DNA of 63,354 nt from Emiliania huxleyi CCMP1516 (Eukaryota), in NCBI RefSeq assembly GCF_000372725.1, contig NW_005201318.1, positions 164,342-227,695 of the forward strand. Reading direction: 5' to 3'. Shown piece after piece: positions 22,366 to 33,727 of this stretch (its first letter is position 1; every line of letters begins with the position of its first letter). The position numbers and the translations under genes were made by a program. The notes beneath the pieces were generated by a model. The model had not been told where the DNA came from, ran no database searches, and saw only the letters and a program-made list of their open reading frames with translations.

Positions 22366-22952
22366 ACCTCCGGTGAGATGAGTGGCTGCCAGTTCGAGAC
22401 TGGGGCCGATCCAACCTGAGTTATTCGGAGGAGGAATCTAGCCAGCACGCCAGCAACAGGCCAGCAAACACAAAACAATCTCTCTCTCTCGCCAGCACGG
22501 GCGGGTACAAAGAGGGGGTCCCCGGAGAATCCCCAGCCTGCGGAAACGTAGTGTCGCTCAAGAGGTGCGATACTGCGGGGGAGTGTAAGGTGCCTACCTA
22601 TGGGCTTCCAGTATCGGACGTTCGGACCTATACGGACTCGGGACCGGTGCTTTGACGCAGCACAGTGTGCTTCGAGGAAGCATGAACTCAGAACGGCCCC
22701 CCGAGAGCGCCTCTTCGACGCCCACGGGTCCCGGGGGGTCGGATGGGTTGCGAGAGGGCCCCGGCTATTTTTTGTTTGAATCCCGGAGGCCGTTCGAACA
22801 TGAATTGACGTTCCACGTGCCCGTCCCCAGCACGGACAACATGCTAGCCCAGCAGGCCGGAGCAGGCCGCTCCCACCGCCGCCCGCGGCGGAGGCAAGGC
22901 GGCAAAGGGTGGCAAGGGCGGCGGCAAGGGCGGTGGAAGGGTGGTGGCCGTG

Positions 22953-23420
22953 GCGCACCAGACCCGCTTTGCGCCGCCGCCCTCAACGCCCGATATACTC
23001 GGTTAGAGCCGGCGGAGCGACGGCGGCAGAGGTGCGGCCGCCGGCGACCTCACACGGCGTCGAGCACCGTAGAGACGGCCCCGAGAGCCGCCACCAGGTG
23101 TGCCACGACCGCGGCCGCGAGGCTCGTGGCGATGGATGCGCCAGACCCGCTTTGCGCCGCCGCCCTCAACGCCCGGTACTCGGTCAGAGCCGGCGGAGCG
23201 ACGGCAGCGGAGACACGGAGTTGCGGCCGCCGGCGACCTCACACGGCGTCGAGCGCCGTAGAGACGGCCTCGAGAGCCGCCACCAGGTGTGCCACGACCG
23301 CGGCCGCGAGGCTCGTGGCGATGGATGCGCCAGACCCGCTTTGCGCCGCCGCCCTCAACGCCCGATACTCGGTCAGAGCCGGCGGAGCGACGGCGGCAGA
23401 GTTGCGGCCGCCGGCGACCT
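22953..23420. repeat. Tandem repeat of about 185 bp (2.5 units)
   Basis: CCAGACCCGCTTTGCGCCGCCGCCCTCAACGCCCG recurs at about 22957, 23141 and 23330. Confidence 0.9.
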
Positions 23421-24195
23421 TCCCCTCGACCACGCCGCCGACCCGTCGACAAGCACGCGCGGACTGTCATCGAGAAGAAGGAGAAGGATGGCGGCGCATC
23501 CGGAGCCCGCGGGCGCGGCGTGGGCGGGCGCGGGCGCGGGCGGGCGCGCGGGAACCCCGCCAGCGGAGGCGACACAATGCCTCTGGCGGCTCTGCAGGCG
23601 GCGCGCGGCGCGCCCCTCGCCGGTCTCCCGCACGCTCCTGAGGGCCGAGAGGGCCGAGAGGCGGGGTTGGTGACCCGGGGGCATGGGCGGTGCGGCCCGC
23701 GCCGCGCGCGGGCGCGTGGCAGCCCGTGAGTGCCGAGATCGGGTCTGTGCTTCGACAAAGCATGGGCCCCCGGGGGCCCATCTACAGCAGCGGCGAAGTG
23801 AGCGTGTTTGTGGTGTTGGTGTGGCGTCTGAGCTTGGATCTGTGACTAAAGCCGCTTACCACTGATGGATCCCCACCCGAATAACACACAGTGAGCGCCC
23901 CAGCGCTTCACTACGCCCTCCGCGCGAAATCGCTAGTGGTGCTTTGTGGAAGCACATTGTGCTTTGTGGCAGCACAGGTGCGGTGCCCGAGACCGTATAG
24001 TATGCATGTAGGGACTTGCGCTTTTGGGCGGTGGCAGCCTCTCTTCGGACAGAAATTCACGGAGGTCGTCGCTTGGTTAGGTTAGGTGGGAAGGCGAAAA
24101 CAGTCTCGCTCGGACTGGACACCAACGGTATCCTTTAGGACGCTGGAAGAAAAAAGAAACAAACGCGAACCCGCCCGCCCATTCGACCGTTCTAT

Positions 24196-24994
24196 ATGCT
24201 GTCGCTCTCCGTCTTCGTGGACGAGCTCAGCAGCATTTCTGCGGATGTCGCAGCCCCCGCCGTGGTGTTCCGAGTCGATGACTACCCGAGCCTCGCCCTC
24301 CGCCCACGACCCTTTGGTTCCGCGCTGAAGAAGGGACGTACCGCCCTCCCATTTCGATCAGGCAAGGCCTGCCTCATCTCCGCCCACGCGCCTCGCCCAC
24401 GCACCCTGCAGCTGCTCCTCGTCGACCTCATCGAGCCGCCTCGCGGTGACGGCAGCGGCGGCGGCAGAGGCCTGCTTCTGGGCCGAGCGAGCATAGCCCT
24501 CACGACGTGCGAAGCCAACGAGGGCTTCTCCAACGGCGAGCTCCCGCTGACCGACCTCGCCGGCTGCGCGGTCGCCACTCTCGTCCTCCGCGTCCGCCTC
24601 GCAGCGCAGGACCCGACGCTCACCCCCCTCCTCGACGGCCAAGCCGCGGCGGAAGCTCCGCTGCTGCGCCCAGAGGAGCCGCCGCGCCGCACAGAGACGG
24701 CGGCTGCCTCGTCGGACAGCATTTGGGGGGCAGGGTCGTCCAGCACCGCTCCGCCCGGCGATGCTGCCTCTGCCTCATGCGGATCGGCGCGGGTGGCGGT
24801 GCCCTCGGCGGCGACGTGTCCCACAGCACCTGCTGCCACCGATCGGCCTTCGGCGGCGATGGGCCCTCCCGGCGGCGCCACCGAGCCGGCCTTGCACCCG
24901 ACACACGCCGGCGTGTGTGGGGAGGGGGTGGACGGGCCCGGATGGGCGCATGCTCTTCCTTCTCCTCCTCCTCCTGCTCCTGCTCCTCCTCCTC

Positions 24995-25026
<32 letters not shown>

Positions 25027-25415
25027 ACTGCTACTACTGCTCCGGCCGGTGGGCCGTTGAAAGGGCCGCCGCCGCCGCCAGTCCGCGCGGCGCCAGCGCT
25101 CTTCTACCACAACGACCCCGCCGCCATCGCCGAGCTCGAGGCCGCGACGGCGGCGGCCAAAGCGGCCGCCATTGCCGCAGCCGCAGCCTCTTCTTGGGGC
25201 GGAAGCGGCGCCGCCGTTGCGCCGCCGCAAGGGGAGTCGATGGCGGCGGCGGCGGCGGTGCGCGTGGCGGCGGCAGCGGTGCACGAGGCAGCCTCTTCCG
25301 CCGCGGCGGACGCGGATACGGTTTGGCGTCGGTGGAGCGAGGCAGCTGAGTCTCAGGCCGTCGGCCATGACGCGGCGGTCACCTCGTCCCTCCCCCGTCC
25401 GCGCCTCGCCGCGCC
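24196..25415 (+). CDS. MAP10-like protein (N-terminal C2-like domain) with Pro/Ala-rich tail; truncated by a gap
   Basis: PAVVFRVDDYPSL...FRSGKACL...LLGRASIAL...LTDLAGCAVATLVLRVRL resembles MAP10 AVAFRLLDFPTL...FGRGKSCLF. Confidence 0.6.
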
Positions 25416-25754
25416 ANNNNNNNNNNNNNNNNNNNNNNNNNNNNNNNNNNNNNNNNNNNNNNNNNNNNNNNNNNNNNNNNNNNNNNNNNNNNNNNNNNNN
25501 NNNNNNNNNNNNNNNNGCATGCATCAGCTCCCGCTCCCATGTGTTAGCCAAATCACCGACATACCCTACGCTCGCCATCTTATCATGCCACACCCAGCTG
25601 TCGCTCTGCTCGCCTTCCCATTCGCAGAGGTACTCCCATCCGTGTCCGTCCTCCTCCCTGCCTGCCCCCCCCGTAGCAAGTGGGCGCCTTCCTTGCTGCC
25701 TTCACCTTCCGCACCCTGTCGGGCGCCCTCCATGCCGTCTTCTGCCCGTGTGCT

Positions 25755-25800
25755 AGAAAGAAAGAAAACAGACAACCCAAGGGAGGGATGGGAGGACGGC
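25755..25800 (-). mobile_element. LINE family A, 46-bp extreme 3' end
   Basis: AGAAAGAAAGAAAACAGACAACCCAAGGGAGGGATGGGAGGACGGC flanked by GTGTGCT at 25748-25754 and 25802-25808. Confidence 0.85.
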
Positions 25801-25905
25801 TGTGTGCTCTCTGCAGCCGAGGAGGAAGAATTCTTCCGGTGACGACGCACGCAGCAAGGGTCCTTGCTTGCTTCGTGTGTCTTGAGTGTCCACCTTTTTC
25901 CAGCC

Positions 25906-26862
25906 ATGTCGGCAACCGGCATCGTGTTAGCGGACGGCGGCCCGTCCGACAACGTGGTGATCGGCACGTACGAGGTGGAGGCCTTCGCGCTCGCCTCTCA
26001 GGGCATGCAGCAGCAAGCGCCGGCGGCCCACGCTCGCGGCGGCGCCATGATGAGGCCATATGTGCCTGACCCAGTGCACTGGGACGACGGGAAGCGGTGC
26101 CTTCTCGTGACGTCGCCGACCGGCGTCTCGCCCGCAGCCAAGAAGGTGACGCGCTGGTCGTCGGCGGAGGACGCGCTCTTTGCCGACCTGGTCAAGGACG
26201 ATGTGGGCGGCGACGAGGAGTCTCCAGAGGAGTCGGAGGGCGCGGCGGGCAGCCATGCGGCGCTCTTCGACCTCAGCGGCAGCCCCTACACCCGCCTGCG
26301 GCGCAGCGCGCCCGAGCCACTGCGGAGACAGTACTCGGACGACGGCGAGGGCTCGCTCGAGCCGAGCGAGCGCGAGGGCAGGAAGGACGTGCCCATGTGG
26401 ACCGTCGAGGAGGACCTGCTCATCCTCAAGCTGGTGGAGACGCACGGCAAGAAGTGGTCCAAGATCGCCGCCCACCTGCCGGGCCGCACCGACAACGGCG
26501 TGCGCAACCGCTGGAACCGCATGGAGAAGGCGCAGACCCTGCGCACAAAGCACGGCGCCGAGCACGGCTACCGCTGCCGCCGGTGCGGGCAGCCCAAGCG
26601 CGGGCACATCTGCGCGGCGCTGACGTCGGGCGACCAGCCCGAGGGCGACAACCTCACCCAAAAGGCGGCGGAGCTCTCCGCCCTCTCCGCCAAGAAGATG
26701 CAGCAGGTCCTCGACGAGAAGGCGCAGGCGGCCAAGGACAACCGCCGCCCGTCGCAGAGCCGGCAGCAGCGCTCCTCCTCGAGCTCGAGCGGCGGCCCGA
26801 CGCGCGGGACGGCCCCGCCGCTCCGCCACAGCAAGTCGGGCGCGTCCGGGCCGCCGCCCCCT
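25906..26862 (+). CDS. Myb/SANT transcription factor with a CxxC-x6-HxC zinc knuckle; 3' end in a gap
   Basis: WTVEEDLLILKLVETHGKKWSKIAAHLPGRTDNGVRNRWN followed by YRCRRCGQPKRGHIC. Confidence 0.9.
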
Positions 26863-27082
26863 NNNNNNNNNNNNNNNNNNNNNNNNNNNNNNNNNNNNNN
26901 NNNNNNNNNNNNNNNNNNNNNNNNNNNNNNNNNNNNNNNNNNNNNNNNNNNNNNNNNNNNNNGCCCCCACCCCCCACCCCCCAGCCACCCACCCACCCCT
27001 CCGCCCCCGACCCCGTGCCAAATCCCACCATTCCCTCCCTCGCCCCCCTCGCCACCGCCCCTCGCCCTTCCAGGCTCGCCAT

Positions 27083-27873
27083 TTGGCCTCACTGCCACTG
27101 GCTGGCAGTCGCCGCCGCGCTCGCCTCCACGGTCGAGATCGGCGGCCAGAAAGGCGAGGGCGGCAGCCTCGCCCGCCGCTACGGCCTCGCCCGCCGCTGC
27201 AGCTTCGCCTGCCGCTGCAGCCTCGCCCGCCGCTGCAGCCTCGCGGACGAGTCGCGTTGTGGGTACGGACGGGCGCAGGCGGGCCAGGCGACAGTGCAGC
27301 ACCGGGAGCTCGAGGAAGCCGGCGGCACGAGACTCCACACCGAAGCCTCTCGCGCGCAGGTGTGACTCCGAACCGAGCCCTTCGAGCGCGGTGTCGCGTG
27401 GTGGGCCTCGAGCTGGCGGCTGGTGTGGGCCCGTCCTTAGCCCGACGTCGCTGCGTGGCCTCGAGGGGGGCGGAGAGGCGTCCGCCGGCGCCGCCGCTTG
27501 GGGACACGTGCACAGCATGCCCGACCGACCCTTGCATGAGATGTCCGATCACATGTGGTCCGTAGGTGCGCCGTGCCGCTACAGCGAGGCCGAGGCAGCG
27601 GCAGACCAACGGGCGGCGGCGAGGGCGGCGGCGGAGTCGAGGGCGGCAGTCGAGCCGCGGGTCGTCTCGCTGCTGGTGTCAATCTACCAGAGGTTCGACA
27701 CGCGCGGCCGCGGCCACGCTTCGCTAGTCAAGGTGCGGCTCGCATCGCTGTCCCCGGAATGGCACGTATCTAGATCAATTGGTTGCGCCCCAACGCTTGC
27801 GCAGGTGCTCCGCGAGCTAGAGAGGGCGGCTGACTCGGAGGCGCGGGGCTGGCCCACCCGCAAGCGAGCCTAG
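27083..27873 (+). CDS. Partial coding region with low-complexity Ala/Ser and a degenerate EF-hand-like motif; parent gene unclear
   Basis: LVSIYQRFDTRGRGHASLVK/VLRELE with an apparent intron about 27733-27804. Lies between assembly gaps. Confidence 0.3.
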
Positions 27874-29199
27874 AAGCGGAATACGTGTCTGTGTATTCCG
27901 GCCAGCGCTCGAGAGGTCACGTATTTGGCTGTATTCCGCCGTACTCCGCGGTATCCACCGCAGCCGGCGATTCACGCGGTGCTATGAGTACATTGCGCGA
28001 GACCGTATTCCCACCCCGACCTCGGTGCTTTCATGACGTAGGCGAGCGAGCGCCGCTGCGCGCCCTCTGCACGTCTCTCAACGCCCGCTGGCGCTCGGCC
28101 GTGCGCGGCGGCCGCGGCGGCAGCGGTGGCGGCGGAAGCGGCGGCGGCAGTGCGGACGCCAGCCGCGGGGGAAGCCGATTGCTGCTCCATTGGGACGAGG
28201 CGCTGGAGATCGCCGACCTCTCTCCGCGGCCCTACCGGGCGGGCGGAGGCCTTCACGCAGGTGACGCGGCCGTCGGGCCGCCAGGTCCGGCCGCGAGGTC
28301 TCGAGGGTACGGAGGGGCGGCGCAGGGCGGCGACTCGTGCGAGCCGCCGTCAGCGCTCTCGCAGGCGATGGCCGTGTTTGTGCTCGGCAACGCGCCGCGG
28401 CTCCCCACCCTCGGCACGCCATTTCGCTTCGATGGCGGCGGCCGCCCCGTTTCGATGGAGGCGGCCTTTGGTGTCGGGGGGGCCGCCACCGCCACCGCCA
28501 CCGCTACGGCTGCCGCCACCGCTTCCGCCACCGCCACCGCTGTGCCGCCGTCCAGCTCGGGTGAGCGGCGCACCGGCGATGGCTCGGCCGGAAAGGCCAA
28601 CGCCGGACGCGTGGAAGAATGCGGCGACGGGGTGGGTGGCGGGGCGGGTGGCGGCGGCGGGTGCGGGGACGCGGACGAGCGGGAGGAGGGGCTGGGAGTG
28701 CACTCGCTGGGAGAGGTCCCTCACTTGGCCGTGCCGCTGCAGGGCGACGTTGGGCCGAGCGGCGTGGTGATCCCACGAGAGGCGCTCGATCTCGGGCAAT
28801 CTCGAGCAATCTTGGGTGATCTCCNNNNNNNNNNNNNNNNNNNNNNNNNNNNNNNNNNNNNNNNNNNNNNNNNNNNNNNNNNNNNNNNNNNNNNNNNNNN
28901 NNNNNNNNNNNNNNNNNNNNNNNNGCAGCGATGAGGATTTGGAAGCTCCGATAGCGACGGCGCTGCAATTAGGAGCACAAAACGCCCAGAGAATGAAACC
29001 CCCGTTTGTCCACCGGAGCATAGCCACATTACCTGAGCCGGAGCCGCTTGCGCCTCGACCTCCGCCGGGGGCAGCGTGGAAAAAGAAAACACCCGTGCGG
29101 AAACGGCGGAAGGTCAAGGGGACGCGCGCTGTGATGCCAGCCCTTTAGATGTCGGTTGGGACAAAAACAGGGGAGGCGCATGCGCTACGCCTTCTCTGT

Positions 29200-29400
29200 G
29201 CCGGCAATGTCAGCTTCGCCGCCGGCCCACCGGAAGAGGGCTGCGCCTATCAGGCCGCGTCGCTGCCGCTCCTGGTCCTTGTTTCGCTGGCAATGTTTTA
29301 CGGGCTCGCGCTCGTGTGTGAGGAGTTCATGGTGCCCTCGCTAGCCATTCTTTGCGATCGCTTCTCCATCCCGCCACACGTTGCCGGCGCGACCCTCCTG
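29200..29400 (+). pseudogene. Truncated K+-dependent Na+/Ca2+ exchanger (NCKX/SLC24) N-terminal fragment
   Basis: MFYGLALVCEEFMVPSLAILCDRFSIPPHVAGATL matches the entry to the alpha-1 repeat, but the expected (M)AAGSSAPE is absent and RPL3 starts 250 bp later. Confidence 0.7.
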
Positions 29401-29650
29401 ATCACAGCAGCACTGACCAGCCTCAAGGCTGTATCCGACGCGGACATGAGGAGCCTTGCAACAGCCCAAAATAACCAACAATACCATAACGCGAGGAGGG
29501 CATTGGTTTTGCTGTCCTCGAGGAGAAGTATTGTACTACGAGTAGTAAACCAAAAAAAGAAAACGCGGCCGGCGCGTGCACGAGGCATCACTCCGCTGCC
29601 CCATCTCTCCGCTGCCCCTCAGCAGCCCCGTCTACCGCCGAAGCTCCCAA

Positions 29651-30198
29651 ATGTCGCACCGCAAGTTTGAGAGGCCGCGCCACGGCTCGCTCGGCTTCCT
29701 GCCGCGCAAGCGTGCCAGCCGCCACCGCGGCAAGGTCAAGTCCTTCCCGAAGGACGACCGCAGCAAGGCGCCGCACCTGACCGCCTTCCTTGCCTACAAG
29801 GCCGGCATGACGCACATCCTTCGGGATGTGGACAAGCCGGGCTCGAGTGCGCTGTAGCCCTCGCGCGCGAACGCCAGCGACGCCCCACCGCCGCGCCCCA
29901 CGCCGCGCACGTGGGGGCTGGGCTGCAGACGCAAAGGAGAGAGGGGGGCGGGGGGTGAGAGAGCGGCACGCGACCCGCGGGAGCGCACCGCCGACTTCCC
30001 CCCCCAACCACCCACTTCGCCTCCCCCGCCTCGCAGAGGCGCACAAGAAGGAGGTTGTGGAGGCGGTGACGGTGCTCGAGGCGCCGCCGATGGTTGTGGT
30101 TGGCATGGTTGGGTACGTCGAGACGGCCAAGGGGCTGCGCGCGCTGACGACGGTGTGGGCGGAGCACCTTAACGACGAGGTGAAGCGCCGCTTCTACA
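29651..30198 (+). CDS. RPL3: 60S ribosomal protein L3, 5' part (truncated by a gap)
   Basis: [21 protein letters not shown]...YKAGMTH...[16 protein letters not shown]...[15 protein letters not shown], with a GT-AG intron about 29848-30036. Confidence 0.98.
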
Positions 30199-30490
30199 NN
30201 NNNNNNNNNNNNNNNNNNNNNNNNNNNNNNNNNNNNNNNNNNNNNNNNNNNNNNNNNNNNNNNNNNNNNNNNNNNNNNNNNNNNNNNNNNNNNNNNNNGG
30301 CAATCGCGATTAAAATGGAAATCGTATGCAGAGATGCCTCACACCGTCACAGCATCTCAAATTGCGGGTTCCCCGTCCCTGACAGGGTTCGAGGGTACCG
30401 CGCAGCGCTCACGCTTCAGCGCTCAGGCTGACGCCGCACTGTCCCTGACCTCTGACGCCGCAACCAAGTGGCGTGGCGTGGAGCGATTGA

Positions 30491-30580
30491 GCATCCCTCC
30501 GGATCCTGCCTCGGCGCCGGGGAGGCGTTGTTTGAGGCTAGGACGCAAGCGTCCGTCTTCTTTTCATACATTCGGGGCCC
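30491..30580. repeat. Dispersed repeat shared with 49279-49370
   Basis: GCATCCCTCCGG...GCGCCGGGGAGGCGTTGTT.GAGGCTAGGACGCAAGCGTCCGTC...TCGGGGCCCA occurs at both loci. Confidence 0.8.
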
Positions 30581-31482
30581 AATTCGGCGGCGCCTGTGCG
30601 CCTGTGCGGGCGGCGCGGCGCACAAGTGATAAGAGAGAGAGCAGAGTCCCCAGAAGTATGAGACAAAATGTCTCCAAACGCTATAAACCACCAGTATCGC
30701 GTGATTCGACTACTCAAGGTCTAGACACTGGTTCGTTCTCTAGACGCCGACAGCCCGGCACTCGAGTTTTCACCTCGCAGCGCAGCGCGCAGCGCGCGGT
30801 CATGTTCGCCTCGACTGATGCCCACGTCATCGCCGCAACGAGGCGGGCGTAGTCCCAGAACTGTTGCAGCGACGACTCCGCCGCGAAGACGGAGGCGTTG
30901 CTGCTCGCCTCATAAGTAGTCCTTGTGGCCCTAGCCTTGGCTCGTCTGCAGGTCTGACCACAGTAACAGACAGGACACAAACACGAGGCTAACCAGGACA
31001 AGGGCTGATCCCCCGTTCAGATGCTGATGAAAGTGTACAAGTGATGGATCGCTCCCGCGAGGCACACGAGTACCTCCGCCCCTCCCTGCACCCTGGAGTG
31101 AGAGGCGTACACACGTGATCGCACAGTGGCCGGCATGTTTTGTAATCGCTGTGGCTGCGTGGGGGTGTCTTCGTTGGGTCCCCGCGGTTGGTCCCTAAAT
31201 CGCTCCCTGCGCAGTCCGGTATCGTTAGGCTAGCGTAAGGCGGGAATGCGTGATTGATTGCGCTGGTTCTGTAGGGACGCACGTGTGCAAAAATCATTAT
31301 CCGACTATGTCTGATCGGCTGCTCGTCCTCCGTCCATACGGCTCGCCGAGAAAAAATCCAAGAGAGGGGTGGGAGGGCGGAGAATCCAAAAAACGGCAAA
31401 AAGAAAAACCCGCGAAATAATAATCAAACGCAGCGCCCCAGCGAAGGTCGTGGAGGGAGCGAATAGGGGTGCAAGAAGCGCG

Positions 31483-33128
31483 ATGCTCGAGAGAGACGAC
31501 CTGGACTCTCTGCTCGACAAGCACGGCGTCTCCGGCGTCTCGATTGCGGTGCTGTGCCCGGACGGCAGCGGCGACGCCTCCGTTTCCACACAGTGCGCCG
31601 GCATTGCGGATCCCAACGCCACTCCCCTCTTCGACTCGACGTTGCTGCAGATTGCATCGCTGTCAAAGCCGATTGCGTCGACGTTCGCGGCCGGCTATTT
31701 TGCCGACGCTGGCGTCTCACTCGACACGCCCGTCGCCGACGCACTCGCCGCCGCCAACTCGCCGCTCCGTCTTCGCGCCGCCAAGGGAATGCCGGCGGAG
31801 TGGGCAGAAACAGTCACGCTGCGGCAGGTATCGCGATCTTAGCCGCACCGCGCGAGCGGCGCGGCGCATCACCCAGCTCACCCCTCCTCACTGACCCCGG
31901 TCAGATGATGGACCACACTGGCCTCGGGATGCACTACGCCAACGGAGTGCCGCGGTCGGACGAGTTTCCGCCGGTGCTCGCCCTCCTGTCGGGGAGTGAG
32001 GAGGCGCCCGCGCCGTACGGGTACGCGTCGCTCGCGATGACCAAGGCGCCTGGGACGCGCTTCGGCTACTCGGGTGGTGGCTTCCTCGTGCTGCAGCACT
32101 TGATCGAGTGCCGTGAGGGACGACCCGCCGCAGAGGTGTCGTCAGCCCGCCTCGCCGGCCGCTCGGTGCCCCACCGCCAACTCGCAGCCTTCGCGCGCGA
32201 ACCAGGTGATGGAGGCCTTCCTGCGCCGCTGCGGAACCGCCGTGCACCTCGGACTCACGTTCGAGCACGAGCCGCCGCCGCACAAGCACGTCGCCTGCGG
32301 CTTCTACGACGGGCAACAGCCGGTGTCTTCTCATCCTCCCTCTCCACCCCTCCCTCTCTCCACCCCTCCCTCTCACCCCCCTTCCCTTATCTCGCACCGG
32401 CCAGGTGCCTGGCGGGCGCAAGTCCTTCCCGCCCTTTGCCGCCGGCGCCCTCGGGTCGGCCGCAGGGCTTGCCGACTGGCTGCGCGTACTCGCGCTTGCC
32501 TACCATCGGCCAGAGGGTTGCGGCGCCAGCTCGCACGTGGCGGCGGCGTGACTCTCACGGCAGCTGTCCTCAGTGCTGTCTGGACCCTCCTGCAGGCGCC
32601 ATCTCGCACGCGGCGGCGCGCGCCGTGCTCACGCCCTCCGCCGCGGGCGACCTCGGCTCGGATGCCTTTATGGGTGCGGCGATGGGCGTCGGGATGTTCG
32701 TCTTCGACTCCCATGGCGCCGACGGACGCACGTCGCGCTGGATGCTGCACCAGGCGGCGAACGATGGTTTCCGCGGTGTGCTGCTCGTCTGCTTCGATGG
32801 GCCGGACGCCGCAGAGGGTCCGCGAGGCTTTGTCATCCTCGCCAACGGCGACAACGCCGCCGTCAATCTCGTGTCGGCGGTGGCGCGTCGGCTGCTCTGC
32901 GCGCCGCGCGGCCCCTTTGCGCGTGTGGCGCTCGACTGGTCGCGTGTGCCCGACCCAGACGTGCCCTATCTTTCGCGCGCAAGCAGCCAGGAAGAGATTG
33001 TCAATCTCGGCCTCAAGGAGCAGGTGCTCAATGCGTTTGTCAAGCCCGCGGCAGGGCCAGTGCTACTGCCACTACCGGACGTGCCGCCGACCAAGAGCGC
33101 TCACGACGTCGATCAGGGGGGGGCCTAG
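31483..33128 (+). CDS. Beta-lactamase/AmpC-like serine hydrolase, multi-exon
   Basis: GVSGVSIA, SxxK motif QIASLSKP, TLRQ/MMDHTGL, PGTRFGYSGGGF, HQAANDGFRG, GFVILANG. Confidence 0.88.
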
Positions 33129-33727
33129 CCACCACTCCCATCCATCGCCCACAGCTCTCGTTGGCACGCCGGCCAACGAACCAGAAGCCCGAGTTTTCTA
33201 TTCACACCATATTCCCGGTTGCCGACATGTCGGTGTTCGTCGGTCGTGTTTTGTGCCAGAGCGTGTATTTCGATCGCCTTGGCCTTGAGAGGAGTATAGT
33301 TTAGAGATGATTTACTCGCACCGGTATCTTTGTTGTTAAATGATAGAAAGTGCGCGAGCGAGGAAATACCCCGCCGCGCGCGTCCATCCAGAGGGCGAAC
33401 ACACGACCACCTTTTCCACACAGGCGACTGCCAGGGCCGCAGGGGGGGCCGGGGGGGGGGGGGGGGGGGGCTTTTCTTTCTTGGGGGGGATGCCCCCGCA
33501 GCTCTCGCGAATCTCCCTCTTAACCCACCTGTAACATCTCTATAAGGGATCCCTAGTCGGAGAGATCGTCACTCAACTGACTTAGAGGCCCTCCATGCGG
33601 CTGCCTTCCCGGGATCGGGACATGTGCATGCACATGACATGTACATGTGTCATGTGATGAGGGCGCGTGACAACCCAGCGCCGACTACCCGGCAGCCAGG
33701 GCGCTACGAGTAGTTTCCGATTGGACA

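Noticed and set aside
22652..23758. Overlapping ORFs in the 185-bp tandem repeat
   Set aside because: Several frames are open because of GC content; no domain-like signal.
30300..31340. Possible small minus-strand gene
   Set aside because: No recognisable motif or consistent exon chain could be established by eye.
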